Shown piece by piece: positions 25,197-39,776 of a DNA stretch of 64,000 nt. This DNA is from Macrostomum lignano. Taxonomy: Eukaryota. Where the stretch lies: the NCBI GenBank assembly GCA_002269645.1, contig NIVC01000884.1, positions 186,001-250,000 of the forward strand. The letters run 5' to 3'. Made by a program: the position numbers and the translations under genes. Position 1 is the first letter of the stretch, and the number at the start of each line of letters is the position of its first letter. Below the pieces are notes generated by a model. That model saw nothing but the letters and a program-made list of their open reading frames with translations, searched no databases and had not been told where the DNA came from.

Positions 25197-25519
25197 GCGC
25201 CGGAGGACATCCCGGATATGACGTCATGCCTGTTTGTGCATAGATTTCAAATGACAATAGCTTACAATTGAAACGCATTGAGTCAAATAAATGCTTTCTC
25301 TGCTCGAGCTGAGCACTGCTCTGTACAGACTCGGACTCATCTCTGCTTATAAAATGTATGAACAATAAATTCCTTGGCCTGGGTAACATTGCTTTTATTG
25401 CAGTATTGGATTTTCAATACGTCAATAATTTCTTCTTTTCGCTTTCTTGGCAACAAGTCCGTTATTCTAAAATACTTTCTAAAAGTTTTAGCTTGTAGTG
25501 AAAAAAAATAATTGGCGAA

Positions 25520-25917
25520 GTCACTGGCACTTACTGTAGATTGAGATCCGAGTGACTGGCACTGACTGTAGATTGAGATTGGAGTGACTGGCACTGACTC
25601 TAGATTGAGATTGGAGTGACTGGCACTGACTGTAGATTGAGATCGGAGTGGCTCGCACTGACTATAGATTGAGATTGGAGTGACTGGCACTGACTATAGA
25701 TTGAGATCGGAGTGACTGGAACTGACTATAGATTGAGATTGGAGTGACTGGCACTGACTGTAGATTGAGATCAGAGTGACTGGCACTGACTGTAGATTGA
25801 GATCGGAGTGGCTCGCAATGACTTTAGAATGAGATTGGAGTGACTGGCACTGACTGTAGATTGAGATCGGAGTCACTTTCACTGACTGTAGATTGAGATC
25901 GGAGTGACTGGCACTGG
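25520..25917. repeat. 32-bp satellite, reverse orientation, in the 3' flank of copy A
   Basis: Reverse complement of the 11401/18517 unit. Confidence 0.95.
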
Positions 25918-26329
25918 TTCAGTCCCTACTAGCAGCATTCAAGCGAGTCAGCTACAGAATTTCTTATCACCAGACAACACCTTGCTAGCTGCTTGCAATC
26001 TCTGAGATGCGCGTATCAATAAATGTTTCGATTATCCACATGCTTACTGTGCCTATAATAAATGGCTACATGCTCTGTTGAAACGTTGCTAAGATCTCTT
26101 TGCTGCATAATTGCTCAAATTAGCTACGTAGTTCGACTTGTTGTATCGAGAGACATCTGGAAATGTAGCATTGGAAACTTTCGTCTGACTCATTGCAACG
26201 CATCAGCTTGGATTTTAAGTTGGGGCACCCCAAACCCCTGCTCCATGCACAGAGCTCGTATTCACCCACAGGAAGGCTGTAAGGAAGTGCGCATTTAGTT
26301 AACTGCGCTCGTGTGAAGGTAAGTCTCCC

Positions 26330-26685
<356 letters not shown>

Positions 26686-26985
26686 CGAACCTTGCATATC
26701 TCTTGGTTTATTCATGAGTTTCGCTGAATGAAAGCGAAAATTGCAGAGCGAAAAATTTGCCACGGTTAGTCATTACAGCTGTTTCTATTTTTAGCTACTT
26801 CGCGCCCACGGAATTCCCTCGCCCACACATTGCGAAATTCGCGGGTTTTGCCGAGGTGCGGCCCAAGACTCGCCATCGCTTCAGCATAAATAAACTGAGT
26901 TCACGACTTTGAACTCTCATCAGAAAACTGAAGAATCATACTCTTCAAGAAGCAGCAAGTGTTGCAGCAACTCAAATCGCTAACA

Positions 26986-27308
26986 ATGTCCAGCCAGCAA
27001 GCCAGATCCGCCAGGCCAGTCGCCAAGGACCCGTTCAGGTTCTTCTACTACAAGGGCGAGAGCGAAGAGTCGAAGGCGATGCTACGCCGAATGGTCGGCG
27101 CCTCAGCCAGGGTTCTCGTGCAGCCCAGCATCAGCTGCGTCATCACCAATCCGGACCTGATGGAGCGGGTCAGAGGTGAGTGACTCACTGCTGCTTTGAG
27201 CATTTCTGCTTTTAGATTTCCTGTTTTTGGCTGCACCTGACTGAGACAATTTCACACCGCTGACTTGCAGAGTCTGACCAGAAGGGCAACGTCAGGTCGA
27301 GCGGCTGA
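26986..27308 (+). CDS. 75-aa family copy B
   Basis: Exons 26986-27175 and 27271-27308; appears identical to A. Confidence 0.78.
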
Positions 27309-27631
27309 GCGCCGGAGGACATCCCGGATATGACGTCATGCCTGTTTGTGCATAGATTTCAAATGACAATAGCTTACAATTGAAACGCATTGAGTCAAAT
27401 AAATGCTTTCTCTGCTCGAGCTGAGCACTGCTCTGTACAGACTCGGACTCATCTCTGCTTATAAAATGTATGAACAATAAATTCCTTGGCCTGGGTAACA
27501 TTGCTTTTATTGCAGTATTGGATTTTCAATACGTCAATAATTTCTTCTTTTCGCTTTCTTGGCAACAAGTCCGTTATTCTAAAATACTTTCTAAAAGTTT
27601 TAGCTTGTAGTGAAAAAAAATAATTGGCGAA

Positions 27632-28029
27632 GTCACTGGCACTTACTGTAGATTGAGATCCGAGTGACTGGCACTGACTGTAGATTGAGATTGGAGTGAC
27701 TGGCACTGACTCTAGATTGAGATTGGAGTGACTGGCACTGACTGTAGATTGAGATCGGAGTGGCTCGCACTGACTATAGATTGAGATTGGAGTGACTGGC
27801 ACTGACTATAGATTGAGATCGGAGTGACTGGAACTGACTATAGATTGAGATTGGAGTGACTGGCACTGACTGTAGATTGAGATCAGAGTGACTGGCACTG
27901 ACTGTAGATTGAGATCGGAGTGGCTCGCAATGACTTTAGAATGAGATTGGAGTGACTGGCACTGACTGTAGATTGAGATCGGAGTCACTTTCACTGACTG
28001 TAGATTGAGATCGGAGTGACTGGCACTGG
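27632..28029. repeat. 32-bp satellite, reverse orientation, in the 3' flank of copy B
   Basis: Duplicate of 25520-25917. Confidence 0.95.
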
Positions 28030-28441
28030 TTCAGTCCCTACTAGCAGCATTCAAGCGAGTCAGCTACAGAATTTCTTATCACCAGACAACACCTTGCTAG
28101 CTGCTTGCAATCTCTGAGATGCGCGTATCAATAAATGTTTCGATTATCCACATGCTTACTGTGCCTATAATAAATGGCTACATGCTCTGTTGAAACGTTG
28201 CTAAGATCTCTTTGCTGCATAATTGCTCAAATTAGCTACGTAGTTCGACTTGTTGTATCGAGAGACATCTGGAAATGTAGCATTGGAAACTTTCGTCTGA
28301 CTCATTGCAACGCATCAGCTTGGATTTTAAGTTGGGGCACCCCAAACCCCTGCTCCATGCACAGAGCTCGTATTCACCCACAGGAAGGCTGTAAGGAAGT
28401 GCGCATTTAGTTAACTGCGCTCGTGTGAAGGTAAGTCTCCC

Positions 28442-28813
<372 letters not shown>

Positions 28814-29113
28814 CGAACCTTGCATATCTCTTGGTTTATTCATGAGTTTCGCTGAATGAAAGCGAAAATTGCAGAGCGAAAAATTTGCCACGGTTAGTCA
28901 TTACAGCTGTTTCTATTTTTAGCTACTTCGCGCCCACGGAATTCCCTCGCCCACACATTGCGAAATTCGCGGGTTTTGCCGAGGTGCGGCCCAAGACTCG
29001 CCATCGCTTCAGCATAAATAAACTGAGTTCACGACTTTGAACTCTCATCAGAAAACTGAAGAATCATACTCTTCAAGAAGCAGCAAGTGTTGCAGCAACT
29101 CAAATCGCTAACA

Positions 29114-29526
29114 ATGTCCAGCCAGCAAGCCAGATCCGCCAGGCCAGTCGCCAAGGACCCGTTCAGGTTCTTCTACTACAAGGGCGAGAGCGAAGAGTCG
29201 AAGGCGATGCTACGCCGAATGGTCGGCGCCTCAGCCAGGGTTCTCGTGCAGCCCAGCATCAGCTGCGTCATCACCAATCCGGACCTGATGGAGCGGGTCA
29301 GAGGTGAGTGACTCACTGCTGCTTTGAGCATTTCTGCTTTCAGATTTCCTTTTTGGGTTGCAACCTTACTGAGGCAATTTCACACCGCTGACTTGCAGAG
29401 TCTGACAGAAGGGCAACAGCAGGTCGAGCGGCTGAGCGACTGGAGTGTCAGGATAGCTCGAGATATTACGCATGTCTATTTATGAGTGACAGCTTCGGAT
29501 TGAGGAACCAAGTGTTCAGCTTTTAG
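29114..29526 (+). CDS. 75-aa family copy C with a 1-nt deletion in exon 2 (extended C-terminus, pseudogene or sequence error)
   Basis: Exon 1 29114-29303 intact; exon 2 from 29399 reads ESDRRATAGRAAERLECQ...FSF to TAG at 29526. Confidence 0.6.
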
Positions 29527-30239
29527 ACCAGTGTTCATTGCTTGTCTGCTCAGGCAAATTTTGAGCAAATTCAACATCTCACTACACACTATGATTGCTT
29601 TCTGTGTTGTATAGATATTTTATGCTTGCATATGTGTATAATTTATGATTCTTTCGAACTAATATTAAGCATTAGAAAATGAAAGAAAAATATAAATAAA
29701 AAAGCTATTAAATCAAAGAGTTTTGTTAGAATTTTCATTACGTCTTCACGAGTACAATACTTTATTCTCTTTGATCTGTTCGAGTTTATCACGGGGAGTT
29801 CCAATTACACTTGAGCAGGAAGTGAACTTCACTTTCTACTCCCAAATGGCACTTTGAGCTGGCCCTGTTCAAGTAAGGATCCTTATGGTCTCGCAGTCCT
29901 TATTGTTTCACGGGTCAGTTTATTACTTGTTAATTTAAACTGCAACACAGGTTAAATTGAATTAAATTCATCGACTAAGGCTGCGAAAAATGGTAGAGTG
30001 TATTTTCCAGATTGATAGTTCTACTTTAAATAAGCATTCGCAGTTAGCAAGCTTTTTATCGCTTACTAACACGTTCATCGATTAAATGTTCTGATAAGAA
30101 AAGCGTAAGTGAACACCCAAAACCCATATGGTCAAGTTTTCTCAGAGTTTCAAAGAGGGAGTTTAGCTGTTGATGTTAAGTTTAATCGACTGTCATATGC
30201 TAATAGCATAAAATGAGGGTTTAATTAGTCTGGTATTGA

Positions 30240-31127
30240 GTTTGTTGGCTGTGATTGGATACTCGTGCTAGCATGGCTTTGGATGTCACAGTGACATATT
30301 CTATGGGTCAAACCCTGGCTTTTGTATTAGCGATGGTTGTCTAATTGGATGCTCGTAGCTGGCTTTGGATGTCAGAGTGAAATAGTCTATGGGCCAAACC
30401 CCGGCTTTTATAGCAGCGATGGTTGGCTGTGATTAGATACTCGTGCTAGTATGGCTTTGGATTTCACAGTGACATATTCTATGGGTCAAACCCTGGCTTT
30501 TGTATTAGAGATGGTTGTCTGTGATTGGATACTCGTGCTAGCATGGCTTTGGATGTCACAGTGACATAGTCTATGGGCCGAACCCAGGCTTTTATAGCAG
30601 CGATGGTTGGCTGTGATTGGATACTCGTGCTAGCATGGCTTTGGATGTCACAGTGACATAGTCTATGGGCCGAACCCAGGCTTTTATAGCAGCGATGGTT
30701 GGCTGTGATTGGATACTCGTGCTAGCGTGGCTTTGGATGTCACAGTGACATAGTCTATGGGCCGAACCCAGGCTTTTATAGCAGCGATGGTTGGCTGTGA
30801 TTGGATCCTCGTGCTAGCAGGGCTTTGGATGTCACAGTGACATAGTCTATGGGCCGAACCCAGGCTTTTATAGCAGCGATGGTTGGCTGTGATTGGATAC
30901 TCGTGGCTGCATGGCTTTGGATTTCACAGTGACATATTCTATGGGTGAAACCCCGGCTTTTGTATTAGCGATGGTTGTCTGTAATTGGATATTCGTAGCT
31001 GACTTTGGATGTCACGGTGACATAGTCTATGGGCCGAACTCAGGCTTTTATAACAGCGATGGTTGGCTGTGATTGGATACTCGTGCTAGCATGGCTTTGG
31101 ATGTCACAGTGACATAGTCTATGGGCC
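30240..31127. repeat. 92-bp minisatellite, about 9.5 copies
   Basis: Period measured as 92 (30605 to 30697); contains the palindrome ATGTCAC-A-GTGACAT. Confidence 0.95.
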
Positions 31128-31726
31128 AAGCTTTAGTCAGGAGTTCATTTCTGTGAGTATGATAATATTCATTTAACTGCAGAAATGGTTAGGGTTAGTT
31201 TTCATAAACCGAAAAAGGCTGCTGGTATTATTGCAGCATTTTGACAGGAACTTCATGGGGCAGGGGCACTCGCCAGGAGCTTCTATGAGATGACGCTGTA
31301 TTGGTTTGAATTCTCCCTGTGTGACTAATCACACAGTCCACAGCTTAACCCAATTGGTCACAACAGCCGTCACACATTAGCTACTACCAAATTTAGAAAT
31401 AAAAAAGCAAGCAAGTATTCCATGCAAGTCCAGAGAGATTCCAAGCAAGGCTTGATGGGGTTTTTTGCATTGTCAAAAGTGCCCAATCAGCTGCGTACAC
31501 TGATAAGTTGCACATTATTGCTTAAAAACAGCACACTAACCCGCATACCTGCGCGCTATGCTAAGATCTAAAAATAGCATATGAGGGTATCCCATGGAAT
31601 TCTACGGTTTATCAACTGGGCCCCTATATGTTATAGGTTATAGCATGGAAGATTCTGCTGCCAAAAGCAAGCTAAAGCAGGACGCACTGTTTTAAGCACT
31701 AATTATCTTCAGTTCAACCGCCAGCA

Positions 31727-32061
31727 ATGTCCAGCCAGCAAGCCGGATCCGCCAGGCCAGTCGCCAAGGACCCGTTCAGGTTCTTCTACTACAAGGGCGA
31801 GAGCGAAGAGTCGAAGGCGATGCTACGCCGAATGGTCGGCGCCTCAGCCAGGGTTCTCGTGCAGCCCAGCATCAGCTGCGTCATCACCAATCCGGACCTG
31901 ATGGAGCGGGTCAGAGGTGAGTGACTCACTGCTGTTGCTTTGAGCATTTCTGCTTTCACATTTCCTGTTTTGGTTGCACGTGACTGAGAAAATTTCACAG
32001 AGTCCTTTGACTTTGACTTTCAGAGTCCAATCAGAAAGGCAACGACAGGTCGAGCGGCTGA
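31727..32061 (+). CDS. 75-aa family copy D
   Basis: Exons 31727-31916 and 32024-32061; R7G substitution; exon 2 ESNQKGNDRSSG*. Confidence 0.75.
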
Positions 32062-33282
32062 GCGGCCGGAGTGTCAGGATAGCTCGAGATTTGATGACGT
32101 CATGCCTGTTTATATAAGTGACAGCTTCGGATGGAGGAGCCAAGTTAAGCTTAAAAGCTTAAAAAAGCGTTTTTGTCTGTCTGCTAAGAGAAATCTTGAG
32201 CGAATTCAGTACCAGACTACACTAGAATTTCTTTTGGTGCTGTTTAGATAAAATTATATATTTGATATTTTTAATGAAAGAAAAACACTTCGTATAAATG
32301 CAGGAAGTCTAATAAATAAAAAATATAAATCTTGCGCTAATTTATGAAGCCAATATGAAGCTCTTGAGACCAGTTGCATTTATGTCTCTGATGAATTTTG
32401 CTAGAAATTCCATTGCTCGTATGTCTCTATCGTCTTCTCCTTGAGTGACGGTAAGTGTTTTAAAATTCAACTTAGAATTTATCTCTGTATACCCTGCACA
32501 TGGCACTTTCAAGAGGTCCTGTTCTCGTTAGGTATCTTTGATCTCGCAGTCCTCGTTTCTCAGGCCGCTTGATGGTTGCTAATATAAACTGGGACTGTGC
32601 TGGATTCTTGATAGGAAATTTCTGGGACATTTTTGGTTGAGTACCGTTTGAAGCTGTAGTAAAAGTGATCAATGCCTTGATGAAGCATTGCTTTTGCTAG
32701 TAAGAACAAAAAGCAATGAACGGACTACGACTGATATACGACACTGATTTCTACGATACCAACTTCAGGATCGCACTGCATAACATGTCCCCTTTTCGAT
32801 AAGAGAGGAGTTGTGCATGTAAGAAGAAATTATCAAGTGAAGGTCATGGAATGCGAATAAACAAAGCCATCAAAGTGCCTTGTCAGTTAGAACTCCAATA
32901 CAATTAATTGAACACTAACAGATCATGGCGCAAAACAATCAGGTGCACGCCGCTCTCCAGCGCGGTGCAAGCCCAGCTTCCTGTTGGTCATTCATAGGCT
33001 GCTCATTCCCGTCCGGAACCTACATAGCGGCTTCCTCCTTCTCACTGCCAGGTGTAGCGTGGCGATTTGGTTGTTGCTCGCCAAGTCGCAATTTGTCCTC
33101 AGCCAACAGCCAGCAGGAAGTATTGTGTCCTCGCGACATCAGGAACTTTGCTTGGGAGGAAGAAGTACCAGCATTGGACTTTCCCGCCGGCCTCTTACCG
33201 CGCTACAGAGAGGAGTTGCGGTGATGCAGAAGCACTGTAGGAAAGGCTGTCACAGTGAGTCAGTCGCTGAGTCTCAAGCAAT

Positions 33283-33790
33283 CTCTGACCAGACGGTCTC
33301 AAGCAATCTCTGAGCAGACGGTCTCAAGCAATCTCTGAGCAGACGGTCTCAAGCAATCTCTGACCAGACGGTCTCAAGCAATCTCTGAGCAGATGGTCTC
33401 ACGCAATCTCTGAGCAGACGGTCTCAAGCAATCTGTGAGCAGATGGTCTCAAGCAATCTCTGAGCAGACGGTCTCAAGCAATCTCTGACCAGACGGTCTC
33501 AAGCAATCTCTGAGCAGACGGTCTCAAGCAATCTCTGAGCAGACGGTCTCAAGCAATCTCTGACCAGACGGTCTCAAGCAATCTCTGAGCAGATGGTCTC
33601 ACGCAATCTCTGAGCAGACGGTCTCAAGCAATCTCTGAGCAGATGGTCTCAAGCAATCTCTGAGCAGACGGTCTCAAGCAATCTCTGAGCAGATGGTCTC
33701 AAGCAATCTCTGAGCAGACGGTCTCAAGCAATCTCTGACCAGACGGTCTCAAGCAATCTCTGAGCAGATGGTCTCAAGCAATCTCTGAGC
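33283..33790. repeat. 25-bp minisatellite
   Basis: GAGCAGACGGTCTCAAGCAATCTCT, about 20 copies. Confidence 0.96.
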
Positions 33791-34296
33791 GAACAAACTT
33801 TAGTCAGGAAGTTCATTTCTGTGTGCGGAAGAATAAGTTCAAGGGTTAATTTCATAAATCGAAGCTCGAACCAGTAGCCGATATTTTTGTCGAACTATTC
33901 AAGTCTGCTGGAAGTCTTGCAGAATTTTATTGCAGCCAAACTCATGGGGGCGGGAAGATTACCCCTGTTCACAATAGCCGAGCTACCAAAATTAGAAAGT
34001 AAAATTTAGAACGAGCAGCGAGCAGTATGCTCCGAGAAATTCCATACAAAGCTCGATGGGGTAGACTGCTAAGACTGCACATTATGCTTAAAAACAGAAC
34101 ACTAACCTTGAATATGACTCATAATAGCATATAAGAGGGTATCCCAAAGAATTCTGCCTGGTTTCATCAACTGGGCTCTACTGTACACATGTATATATAT
34201 GTATATATATATATATAGAAGATTCTGCTGCCAAAAGCAAGTCTAAGCAGAGCGCACTGTTTTAAGCACTAATTATCCTCAGTTCAACCGCTAGCA

Positions 34297-34619
34297 ATGT
34301 CCAGCCAGCAAGCCGGATCCGCCAGGCCAGTCGCCAAGGACCCGTTCAGATTCTTCTATTACAAGGGCGAGAGCGAAGAGTCGAAGGCGATGCTACGCCG
34401 AATGGTCGGCGCCTCAGCCAGGGTTCTCGTGCAGCCCAGCATCAGCTGCGTCATCACCAATCCGGACCTGATAGAGCGGGTCAGAGGTGAGTGACTCACA
34501 AATGCTTTGAGCATTTCTGCTTTTAGATTTCCTGCTTTTGGCTGCACCTGACTGAGACAATTTCACACCGCTGACTTGCAGAGGCCGGTCAGGAGGGCAA
34601 CGTCAGATCGAACGGATAA
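34297..34619 (+). CDS. 75-aa family copy E
   Basis: Exons 34297-34486 and 34582-34619; exon 2 EAGQEGNVRSNG*; stop changed TGA to TAA at the same position; several synonymous changes. Confidence 0.78.
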
Positions 34620-36047
34620 GATGCAGCTTTGCATAACTCTTGACATCCATCAGCTGATGACTCACAATTCTAAGAAAGTGCTTTTGTTGCCTGTCAGTTT
34701 AATCTATTTGGCACAAATATTTCTGGGCCATTCCTTTAAAATTTATCAAATAAATCTTGCAAACCACGCGTGGGTATTTGCGTGACTCGTGTCAACGGTC
34801 TAAACACGTAAACTAATTTGTGTAAACATTTGTGTGATCACCATCGTCTTGTATATCTATATAAATTTTTGTTAATTTTCACAGCGGCTATTTTAGTGAC
34901 CTACTGTTTCACTTAAGAGCGTATTAATCACGATACTTTCCTAACTAGCCTACTGTCACTTATCGTTTAGTAGTCTGGCAGAGACTTTTCTACGCAAGTA
35001 CGCAAGTAGATTTTCCGTTGGGAATGTTGCTAAAAATAGAACTTACAATACCTAATAAAATGTACTTTCAATCTTGTAAAAACCCGCTGCTTATTGCAGC
35101 TTATGTGGAGCAGGTGTACACAAGGGTAAGTGAGAAATTACATGTACATTTACTGTAACGGCAAGAAGGATTGTGATTCCAGTGATTGGGATTTGATGAA
35201 ATGTCTAAAGGAGGATTAAAGGTGAGCTTGTGGGTCGATTTAATATTGTGGGTAAACTTATTATGATTGTTCAGGGTGGGTGAGTCCGAGTTCACGACCC
35301 AGAAGAGAGTCCGAGCAAGAGACAGTGGGGTGGGTGAGTGAACCGGCTACTTAAATGGCGGGAAAACGAGCTGCTTATGTAGAGCTGGTATCACGTCCCA
35401 TGCGCGTGACTCGTGATGCACACGACCTTGAACTGCCCTTGACAGGCGTCGCTAAGCAACCGAGTGACGTCACCTGCCTAGCCGCGTACCCATACCGTGA
35501 TTGGTTAATACGAGAGTAAGGGAATGGGGAAGATTGGGAAAGGGGTTCATTTGGTGCGTTTCCATTCATTGATTGCTAAAAAAGGAAGTGGAGGTTGAGT
35601 TTGGGGGAAGGAGTGGGGTGGACGCAGGGATGAGTCATCCGATGAGTCATAGGGATAAAGCGCCTGAATATACAGGGTTAGGATAGCGTTTAATGAACTT
35701 CGGGAAAATTACATGCAACATAGAATAGAAGTTGGCTCTGTTACATCATTGGCATGCCGTGCTTCTTGTCGTACCAAATTCAAATAAAGCAAGCAGACGT
35801 TTTGTAATAAAGCCAGTATAACAAAATGGAACAGTTTGAATTAAAACAAACGTTTAGTGCAGTTCTTTGGCTAAGAAATTTATTCATTTTTCTGAATATT
35901 TATAAAAAAACTGGATTAAATATGTGAAAATACTTACTGAAAAATAACTTTGATAATATAATATATTTCTGACACGAGAGAAGAGACTACAAAAGCATCA
36001 AGGATGGCATGCACTCTTAGTGGAATTGACAAAGACAGTCCGCCATG

Positions 36048-36126
36048 CGAGGGTCATCCCGAAAGTTCTGTGTATTTGTTAAGATTGCTGAGAAATATTC
36101 ATTTCAGTCGTTTGTGATGACCCTCG
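36048..36126. mobile_element. Tiny mariner-type MITE or internal deletion derivative
   Basis: 11-bp inverted repeat CGAGGGTCATC / GATGACCCTCG followed by TA on the right. Confidence 0.45.
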
Positions 36127-36680
36127 TAAAAGTTACAGTCATGGACAGCTAAAACTTGGGTTTTGTGGGGGGGGTTTAGCTCTCCCTGTAGTTAATAAAA
36201 AGTGACTTCTATAAATTTTGTTAAAAATTTAAATTGGCGTCAAAATGAATCTAAAAATTATATCGAAATTTATAATAGAATTTAGTTGTAGTCGTCTGAT
36301 TCGTTATTATCACGTAATTTTTGGCGCCAATTTAAATATCCCGAAAAGATTCCAATTAAATAAGCTGTGCAGACGCGGAGGAATTGACTAAACAATACGG
36401 CTGACAAAAAGTTGCACAGCAGGTAAAAGAAATGCTTCATTTGTCAGGAAATGTAAGCAAAAATATTATAACTTCTCGAGCTAGATTAACACGGTGACAA
36501 TGTTAATTAAAACATTTAAAATACAACGTTTACTTCATACAAGCTTAGAAGTTATTCAGCGGAATAGGCATGCCTTGAATGCAGGTGGTATTCAAGTTAA
36601 TTAGAAACTTAGACTGAAACAAAAATTAGTTGAAGATTTCTGTTTGTCACACCGGAACGTGATAAACACTTTTGTTCTAA

Positions 36681-37478
36681 TTAATCAAACTGATAATTGC
36701 GCAGAAGTTCAATAAGACTGCGCAATCCAACCAGATAATTGTTGTCAAGGCAACCGTTGCCAGGCACCGCGTGCGTAAAATCGATCATAGCCGCTAGCGC
36801 AATTGGCGCCCTGCCGCAATTATTAGCGTTTGAGTAGCGCGAGGTGGACTCGGAGTTTAGCGACGGGTCTATGGAAGACTGCGACTGAGGGGAAGATGCA
36901 AACTGGACCTTTGGCGGCGCTTCCGGTGCCTCATCCGCTGACAGTTCATCAATGTCATGCCTTTGTGCATGAGCCGATAACTGCGGGTCTTTGTTACCTG
37001 CAGCACCATCAGACTCTTGGATTCCTGACGAACATGAGTCTTTGTTACCTGCAGCACTTTCACACTCTTGGATTCCTGACGAACATGAGTCTTTGTTACC
37101 GGCTGCAGGCGACGCTGAAGGGTCCGTGGCATTGGTCTCTCCGTACAGTTGCGGTTGCGGCGACGCTGGAATCTCTGGCGAGCCGCTATCGTCAAGAGAC
37201 GAAGCCTCGGACGACACATCGTCCAGAGCAGCCGGGCAGGACTCCACCGCCAGCAGCACGGAGCTGGCGTAGAAATGGTACAGGGTCTGGCGCTCGAACC
37301 ACGCCTGCAGGCGCTCCAGCTGGTTGAGCAGCTGGCGAACTGCTCGGCGACGGTGGACGCCACGAGGCACCGATGACAGAAAGGGAGGCATCACGTCGGA
37401 TTGCAGGCGGTCGGGCGTCACCTGAGGCAGGTAAGTTTTAGTTAGAAATAGATTAGATCGATAGATAGATAGATAGAC

Positions 37479-37549
<71 letters not shown>

Positions 37550-37981
37550 GCAGGACTCGCACCTTGGCCCAGTGCCGCTTTCCCAGCTGCTCGTAGGACT
37601 GCCGTTCCTGTCGCCAAGCCCGCAGCCCGGTGACCAGGAAGCCGACCCTGGCCCGGTGCTCGTACTTCGCCAGCTCCACCGAACGCTTCCTCTCAGACGC
37701 GTCCGGTTCGTAGCTCTGCGCGCCCATCTTCAGATCCATCACCGACGGCTGCACAAAGTCGGCCAGCAGGTCGTCCAAGCGAAGGTAGCGCCGGCCAGTG
37801 GCGGCGTCGATGTGCACCCCGCGGAAGGTTGGCAGAAGGCAGCGCAGCTCGGCAAGATCGGGATCGCGACAGGTAGCAACTTTTTCATTGAACACTTCAC
37901 GGTAGAATTGGATTTCGCGATCTCCTTTAGGCGCCCCCTGGACCGGCTTGTAGATGCAGCGCTCGTCGTGGGAATGCAGCA
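36681..37981 (-). CDS. IPMK: Inositol polyphosphate multikinase-like kinase (N-terminal exons unresolved)
   Basis: IPK motifs PSVMDLKMG (PxxxDxKxG), SSVLL, MIDFTH, DNNYLVGL; G.REIQFY. Exons 37981-37563 and 37421-36681 around a 141-nt GT-AG intron. A probable 58-nt intron (38039-37982) restores VGILLHSH, matching the VGIL motif recalled from human IPMK. Confidence 0.85.
37447..37550. repeat. (GATA)/(GACA)n microsatellite in the IPMK intron
   Basis: Direct reading. Confidence 0.95.
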
Positions 37982-39599
37982 CTAAAGGTGTCATGGGGAG
38001 TACGGAATTCCCACAATGATTTCACACAAATGAACTCACAAATGCCAACAATGAGCGCTGTGGGCGCAATGCTTCAGGCATCTCAATAATGGCACAACAT
38101 AAACTGGCGCTACACTGAGGGTGCCTTACTAGGACAGTTATGAGAGTAAGTACGAGAATTAAGTAAAGTAAGGCATTTGCTGTCGCGCATTTTTTTGGAT
38201 CCGCTACTGCGGTTGAGAATTCCCAGAGGAAATAAATACATTACGAGACAATGTCTAAGAACCATGCAGCTAGTAATGAGTGACCTGTTAATGGACAGAC
38301 AATCCTTTTAGATAATTTTAGAAAAAAAATCGTAGGAAACAAGCGAATTGAAAGAATTCTTGAATAATTATTGCTTCACTCAAAATTTCAGGCATGAAAA
38401 TCGATTAGGAAGTCTATCTGCATACACTAATAAATAATAATTGAAAATTAAAAATACACAAAACTGTATGCAAAACTGCACACAAAACTGTATGCAGATG
38501 ATAAATTATTCATAAATGGATATATGCCTTTACATCGAATTTATCAAATAAAAATAACTTACATTGTGGCTTTGTCTTGACAGGATTTTGCTCTAAAATG
38601 TTGAACATTATTTATTAAATTTATATAGTTTATGCTTGGATTGGAAATGTAATAAGGAGTATGTTTTAATTGAAATGGACTTACCACATCTTTGTGAATA
38701 CCCGTGACCCGCAACTTGATGCTCATAAATGGACAAATCTTTTGGAAGTAGATGCAGTTCTGGCTCCATGAAGAATTTCATAAAGCAGAAATCTAACAGA
38801 ATTATATAAATTATTTAGTGATTCTCATTCTCACTAACCAGCCTGGGCTAAGAGTAGGAACTTGTCTTTACTAAAACCCATAAGAAATATTCAATAAAAT
38901 AAAGCTTACACACTACTTCACTTATAATAAAGTATTTTCTAAAACTCCGATGATAACAATGATATAAAAATAACTAAAACGATATTTATACCAGTACAGT
39001 AGTGATTGTTACAGAAAAATTTAATTATCACCTCATTCGAGCGCGAGACAAAGAAAAAATGTACTGTATTTAGAATTAACTTTAAGCTCTATGCGTTTTA
39101 AATTATATTATTTGTTCGTGTTTTCCGCAAGAAACTTTTGTAGTCTAGTCATTAGCCATTCTCCCTCAGCCGGATGCCGGATCTCATATTTTAATTTTTG
39201 TCAGATAATTAGACATCAAATTCGTGCGAACAATGTTTAAACACACATAAAAATATCTGAATTTTAGGTTGTAGCTAATAATAATGTTTTAATTTTCTTT
39301 GTCCACAGAAAAGTGGCAGTAAATTAGGTATAAATCTGAACAAAGGCTAAAAATCCCTAACTTAGTTTTACTCAGTGCAATTATAAAAAATTATTTGCAT
39401 ATTTTAGTTTCCGTTTCGAGGAAACAGTTCCGCCCATTCATTTATTAATTTATTTTAGTTTCATTCAATTTTTTCATTTTTTTTTCAATTTTTGTTACTG
39501 TGTAAAGTACCTTTCAGTTCCTCAGTTTGTAGGCATCTTAGTTTTTTAATCGTTTGAAACTTTAATTTCATGCCTACCTTAGCTTTTCTTAGCTGTAAA

Positions 39600-39776
39600 C
39601 AGTGGCGGATCCAGGATTTTTAAAGTGGAGTGGAGGGGGGCGAATTGGCCTAAATGTTTGAGTTAGCCCAAAATAAGCACCAAAAAAGCCCAAAAATACA
39701 ATAATCCTCCTTCATATTCAAGTCCAGCCACAGCAAAAGAGGGGGGCGGCGGCCCCCCCCCCTGGACCCGCCACTG
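39600..39776. mobile_element. hAT-type MITE (177 bp)
   Basis: TIR CAGTGGCGGATCCAGG / CCTGGACCCGCCACTG; 8-bp TSD GCTGTAAA / ACTGTAAA (1 mismatch). Confidence 0.8.

Noticed and set aside
32925-33313. GC-rich ORFs between copies D and E as another paralog
   Set aside because: No DPF/GESEESK/LVQP core found in the frames examined and no convincing splice sites.
37981-37994. MTPLV as the IPMK start
   Set aside because: It overlaps a CTTTAG acceptor; splicing to the upstream GTGAGT donor restores the VGIL motif, so the true start is probably further upstream.
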